From: Protoeuglena noctilucae
Taxonomy: Eukaryota
Direction of reading: 5' to 3'
Length of the DNA stretch: 64,000 nt
NCBI GenBank assembly: GCA_958009085.1
Contig: OY253681.1
Span: forward strand, 744,001 to 808,000
Positions within the stretch are counted from its first letter, which is position 1, and each line of letters begins with the position of its first letter. The notes beneath the pieces were generated by a model. That model was not told where the DNA came from and ran no database searches. It saw nothing but the letters and a program-made list of their open reading frames with translations. Of this stretch, positions 60,976 to 64,000 are shown piece after piece. Position numbers and translations under genes: made by a program.

Positions 60976-62900
60976 ATGGGGCTGGAAAGGAGGGTGGCAG
61001 AGGAGGAGGGGAGAAAAGTGGCTGAGGAGAGGCGTGTGGCGGAGGAGAGGCACTTGGTGAGAGAGGAGAGGGGGGCGGGTGATGGTGGGGAAGCACGCAC
61101 TTTTGCTGCGGTGTGGGCTGCATAGTCTGATCGGTGCGGTGCGGTGCCCATGGCGTGTGCATGGCTGGAAGACCCAGTCCCTCCAATGCCGGCATGCAGG
61201 AGGAGGTTGGACCTGCACGTACGCTGCTGCGCACGCTGGCGGGGCACTCTAACTTGGTGCCATCGGTGGCCTTCTCCCCGGGCGGACGGTGGGTGGCGAG
61301 CGGGTCGGGGGACCACACGGTCAAGCTGTGGAACGCCGAGACGGGTGGGCTCGTGCGCACACTATCCGGGCACTCAGAATGGGTGCACACAGTGGCCTTC
61401 TCCCCCGACGGGCGGTGTTTGGCGAGCGGGTCAGGGGACAGCACAGTCAAGCTGTGGGACTCGGCGACAGGGGAGCTGGTGCGCACGCTGGGGCACACGG
61501 ACTGGGTGCGCTCGGTTGCCTTCTCCCCCGACGGGCGGTGGGTGGCAAGCGGGTCTGATGACAGGACGGTCAAGCTGTGGAGCGCGGAGACGGGCCAGCT
61601 CGTGCGCACGCTGTCTGGGCACTCAGAGTCGGTGCGCTCGGTGGCCATCTCCCCTGACGGGCGGTTGGTGGCGAGCGGGTCGTGGGACAACACGGTCAAG
61701 CTGTGGAATGCGGCAACGGGGGAGCTCGTGCGCACTCTGGGCCACACGGACTGGGTGCGCTCGGTGGCCTTCTCCCCCGACGGGCGGTGGGTGGCAAGCG
61801 GGTCTGATGACAGGACGGTCAAGCTGTGGAGCGCGGAGACGGGCCAGCTCGTGCGCACGCTGTCTGGGCACTCGGACTGGGTGCGCTCGGTGGCGTTCTC
61901 CCCCGACGGGCGATGGGTGGCGAGTGGTTCCGATGACAGGACGGTCAAGCTGTGGAACGCGGCGACGGGGGAGCCCGTGCGCACACTGTCCGGGCACTCG
62001 GGCGGAGTGTACTCGGTGGCCTTCTCCGCGGACGGGCGGTTTTTGGCGAGTGTGTCTGGGGACAAGACGGTCAAGCTGTGGAACGCGGCGAGGAGGGAGC
62101 CTATATGCACTCTGTCCGGGCACTCAAAGTCGATTACCTCGGTGGCCTGCTCCCCCGACAGGCGGTGGATAGCCAGCGCGTCCGACGACAGCAAGGTCAA
62201 CCTGTGGAATGCGGCAACGGGGGAGCTTGTGCGCACGCTGTCTGGGCACTTGGACTGGGTGCGCTCGGTGGTTATCGCCCCTGACGGGCAGTGGGTGGCG
62301 AGCGGATCCGATGACAGGACGGTCAAGCTGTGGAGCGCGGAGACGGGGGAGCTCGTGCGCACGCTGTCTGGGCACTCGTTGTCGGTGACCTCGGTGGCCT
62401 TCTCCCCCGATGGGCAGTGGGTGGCGAGCGGGTCGTGGGACCACACGGTCAAGCTGTGGAACGCAGCGACGGGCCAGCTCGTGCGCACGCTGTCCGGGCA
62501 CTCGGGCGGGGTGAAGTCAGTGGCGTTCTCCCCTGACGGGCGGTGGGTGGCGAGCGGTTCCGATGACAGGACGGTCAAGCTGTGGAACGCGGGGACTGGG
62601 GCAACTAGCTGGTGGTGGTACTGGGCAGTCAAGCTGTGGAATGCGGCGACGGGGGGGCTCCTGCGCACGCTGTCTGGGCACTCTGAGTGGGTGCACACGG
62701 TGGCCTTCTCACCCGACGGGCAGTGGGTGGCGAGCGAGTCTGGGGACAACACGGTCAAGCTGTGGAACGCCGCGACGGGGCAGCTCGTGCGCACGCTGTC
62801 TGGGCACTCGCTGTCGGTGACCTCAGTGGCTCTCTCCCCCGACGGGCGGTGGGTGGCGAGCGGGCCATGGGACAACACAACCGAGATCTGGGGGCCGTGA
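60976..62900 (+). CDS. WD40 repeat protein with 13 highly similar repeats plus one truncated repeat
   Basis: A single exon (~61200-62900) of ~42-aa units LVRTLSGHxxxVxSVAFSPDGRWVASGSxDxTVKLWNAxTG. A possible short first exon MGLERRVAEE...HL has a phase-0 donor; an alternative ATG lies near 61194. Confidence 0.9.
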
Positions 62901-62966
62901 TGAGTGGACAGGAAGCCCCTGCTGCGTTTGTTCGATCCCTGTGCTGCTACGGCGCTGCCTCTTCAT

Positions 62967-63266
62967 AAGCAAGCGGTCGCCCAACTGTGCAGAGCAAACT
63001 CCTTCTCACAGCCATAGGGGTCCGTTGAACCGCACCGCGGCTCGCATCGCAACGCCACCAACCATTAACAAAGAGCCACCGAACAACCGCAACCGCACCA
63101 GCCTTACACGCACGCACACAGGTTCCATGTGCCGTGCATGTGCCGTGCCCTCTCGAGCGCAAAGCACGCGCGCCCGGCGTCATCCCTCTCCGCGCATTCG
63201 AAACCCCGCTCATCTGCGCCGCCCGCGCAGCGCGGCGCTGCATCAGTGGCTTGAGAGAGCGCCCCC
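62967..63266. repeat. Diverged direct repeat, copy 2 (SUMO C-terminus and 3' UTR)
   Basis: Collinear with 60186-60495 and contains the SUMO GG-ALSSH-stop codons on the minus strand. Confidence 0.9.
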
Positions 63267-63548
63267 AGTCTGCGCGGTCATGACATCAATCGTGTCCCCT
63301 TCCTCCAACTCCAGGCTGTGGGGGCTATCCGTCGGATTCACGGGCTGCGGGAGATCCAGATTTCTCGGCTTCGTCCCCGGCTCCGCGCGCAGGGCCCGCC
63401 AGCGCCACAGCTGCGCAGCCGCTCTCGCCTGCCCGTCAAACATGAAGCGGACCGTCGATTCCTCCTGAGCCATCTGCTCGCACCACTTCCTGATGATCTT
63501 CGAGAACGGAGTCGAGCGCTTGACCTTGAACGTCAACTCCTTGTTGTC
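63243..63548 (-). CDS. SUMO: SUMO, last two exons (5' exon not identified, probably beyond the window)
   Basis: DNKELTFKVKRSTPFSKIIRKWCEQMAQEESTVRFMFDGQ|PVNPTDSPHSLELEEGDTIDVMTAQTGG-ALSSH. GC donor at 63428. Confidence 0.9.
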   Translation of the reverse strand, partial: DNKELTFKVKRSTPFSKIIRKWCEQMAQEESTVRFMFDGQARAAAQLWRWRALRAEPGTKPRNLDLPQPVNPTDSPHSLELEEGDTIDVMTAQTGGALSSH

Positions 63549-63581
63549 CTGCGGGCGGAAAGAGGGCTCTGAGGTCCCACA

Positions 63582-63679
63582 AGCCGCGTGAGGTCCCTGC
63601 GCCACGAATCGCATAGTCCAGACGGTAGGTAGCCGCGTGAGGTCCCTGCGCCACGAATCGCAGAGTCCAGACGGTAGGT
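63582..63679. repeat. 49-bp tandem duplication upstream of the SUMO exon (probably intronic)
   Basis: AGCCGCGTGAGGTCCCTGCGCCACGAATCGCA(T/G)AGTCCAGACGGTAGGT occurs twice, with one mismatch. Confidence 0.92.
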
Positions 63680-64000
63680 GCAACATTCAGGCGAGCAGCG
63701 CTGGGCGAAAGCCGGCCCCACGGCGGGAGGAAGCCCCAACGCCTCCCCGCGCCGTGCACGCTTTGCCCCGCAGCGCGACCTTCCACACGTGCGCAAAGCC
63801 AGGCGCGTGCATGCATTCCCGACCACTACGACAATCCACAGGAAGCACGGGATGCTGGGGCGGGTCAGCGCCGGGGTGCTGGAGCCGGGGGCCCGGCGCA
63901 CCGTGCTCCCTGCCCCGCTGGCATCCCAAGCGCCATCCGCGATCCCAAACACACCGAGACACCCAAACACACCGAGAGTCGCTGCCGAAACGAGGGCCCC

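Noticed and set aside
60866..62878. 670-aa antisense ORF
   Set aside because: Shadow of the repetitive GC-rich WD40 gene on the opposite strand.
61220..62895. Regular ~126-bp repeats as a CRISPR-like array
   Set aside because: The units are in-frame WD40 coding repeats with no unique spacers, and there are no cas genes.
24458..63548. Functional cluster of protein-modification genes (F-box, SET, DHHC, SUMO) or of cilia genes
   Set aside because: These are common families in mixed orientation with no shared regulatory motif seen, so chance adjacency is sufficient.
1..64000. Introner-type mobile introns explaining the GC-AG introns
   Set aside because: I saw no near-identical introns shared between genes in this window. 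A genome-wide all-versus-all intron comparison would be needed to exclude them fully.
1..64000. Alternative nuclear genetic code (TAR=Gln or TGA=Trp)
   Set aside because: The conserved exons I translated contain no in-frame TAA/TAG, Trp is TGG, and TGA ends several genes (BRX1, SUMO, WD40). The 18744 TGA is an isolated case.
1..64000. tRNA, rRNA or other structured RNA genes
   Set aside because: None recognisable by eye. tRNAscan-SE and Infernal were not run.

Overview
This is eukaryotic nuclear DNA: very GC-rich, gene-dense and intron-rich, with two 200-N gaps. A plastid TypA, a Tat-targeted PsbP-domain protein and centriole/cilium-type genes point to a photosynthetic, probably flagellated green alga (inference). 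By hand-splicing exons I recover about 17 genes: R2R3-MYB, BRX1, SCAPER-like, TypA/BipA, a chimeric K+ channel, F-box/JmjC, F-box/ankyrin, SET methyltransferase, DHHC acyltransferase, a small C20orf85/LLC1-like protein, a small orphan, PsbP-domain, sulfotransferase, CCDC77-like, a coiled-coil protein, a membrane metallophosphoesterase, a WD40 repeat protein and the 3' part of SUMO. Best candidate for a new system: the gene at 16580-24125 appears to join a signal peptide, a large beta-propeller-like ectodomain, a TSP3-like Ca2+-binding motif and an extra TM helix in frame to a 6-TM voltage-gated K+ channel, i.e. a receptor-like channel, and it has one in-frame TGA in the ectodomain. Other notable signals: many GC-AG introns; decayed tandem copies of splice junctions stacked inside introns; polar G-rich/C-rich distal introns; and an HNWD-like WD40 gene between diverged direct repeats of the SUMO 3' end. 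All gene models are manual, lack transcript support, and several start codons are uncertain.
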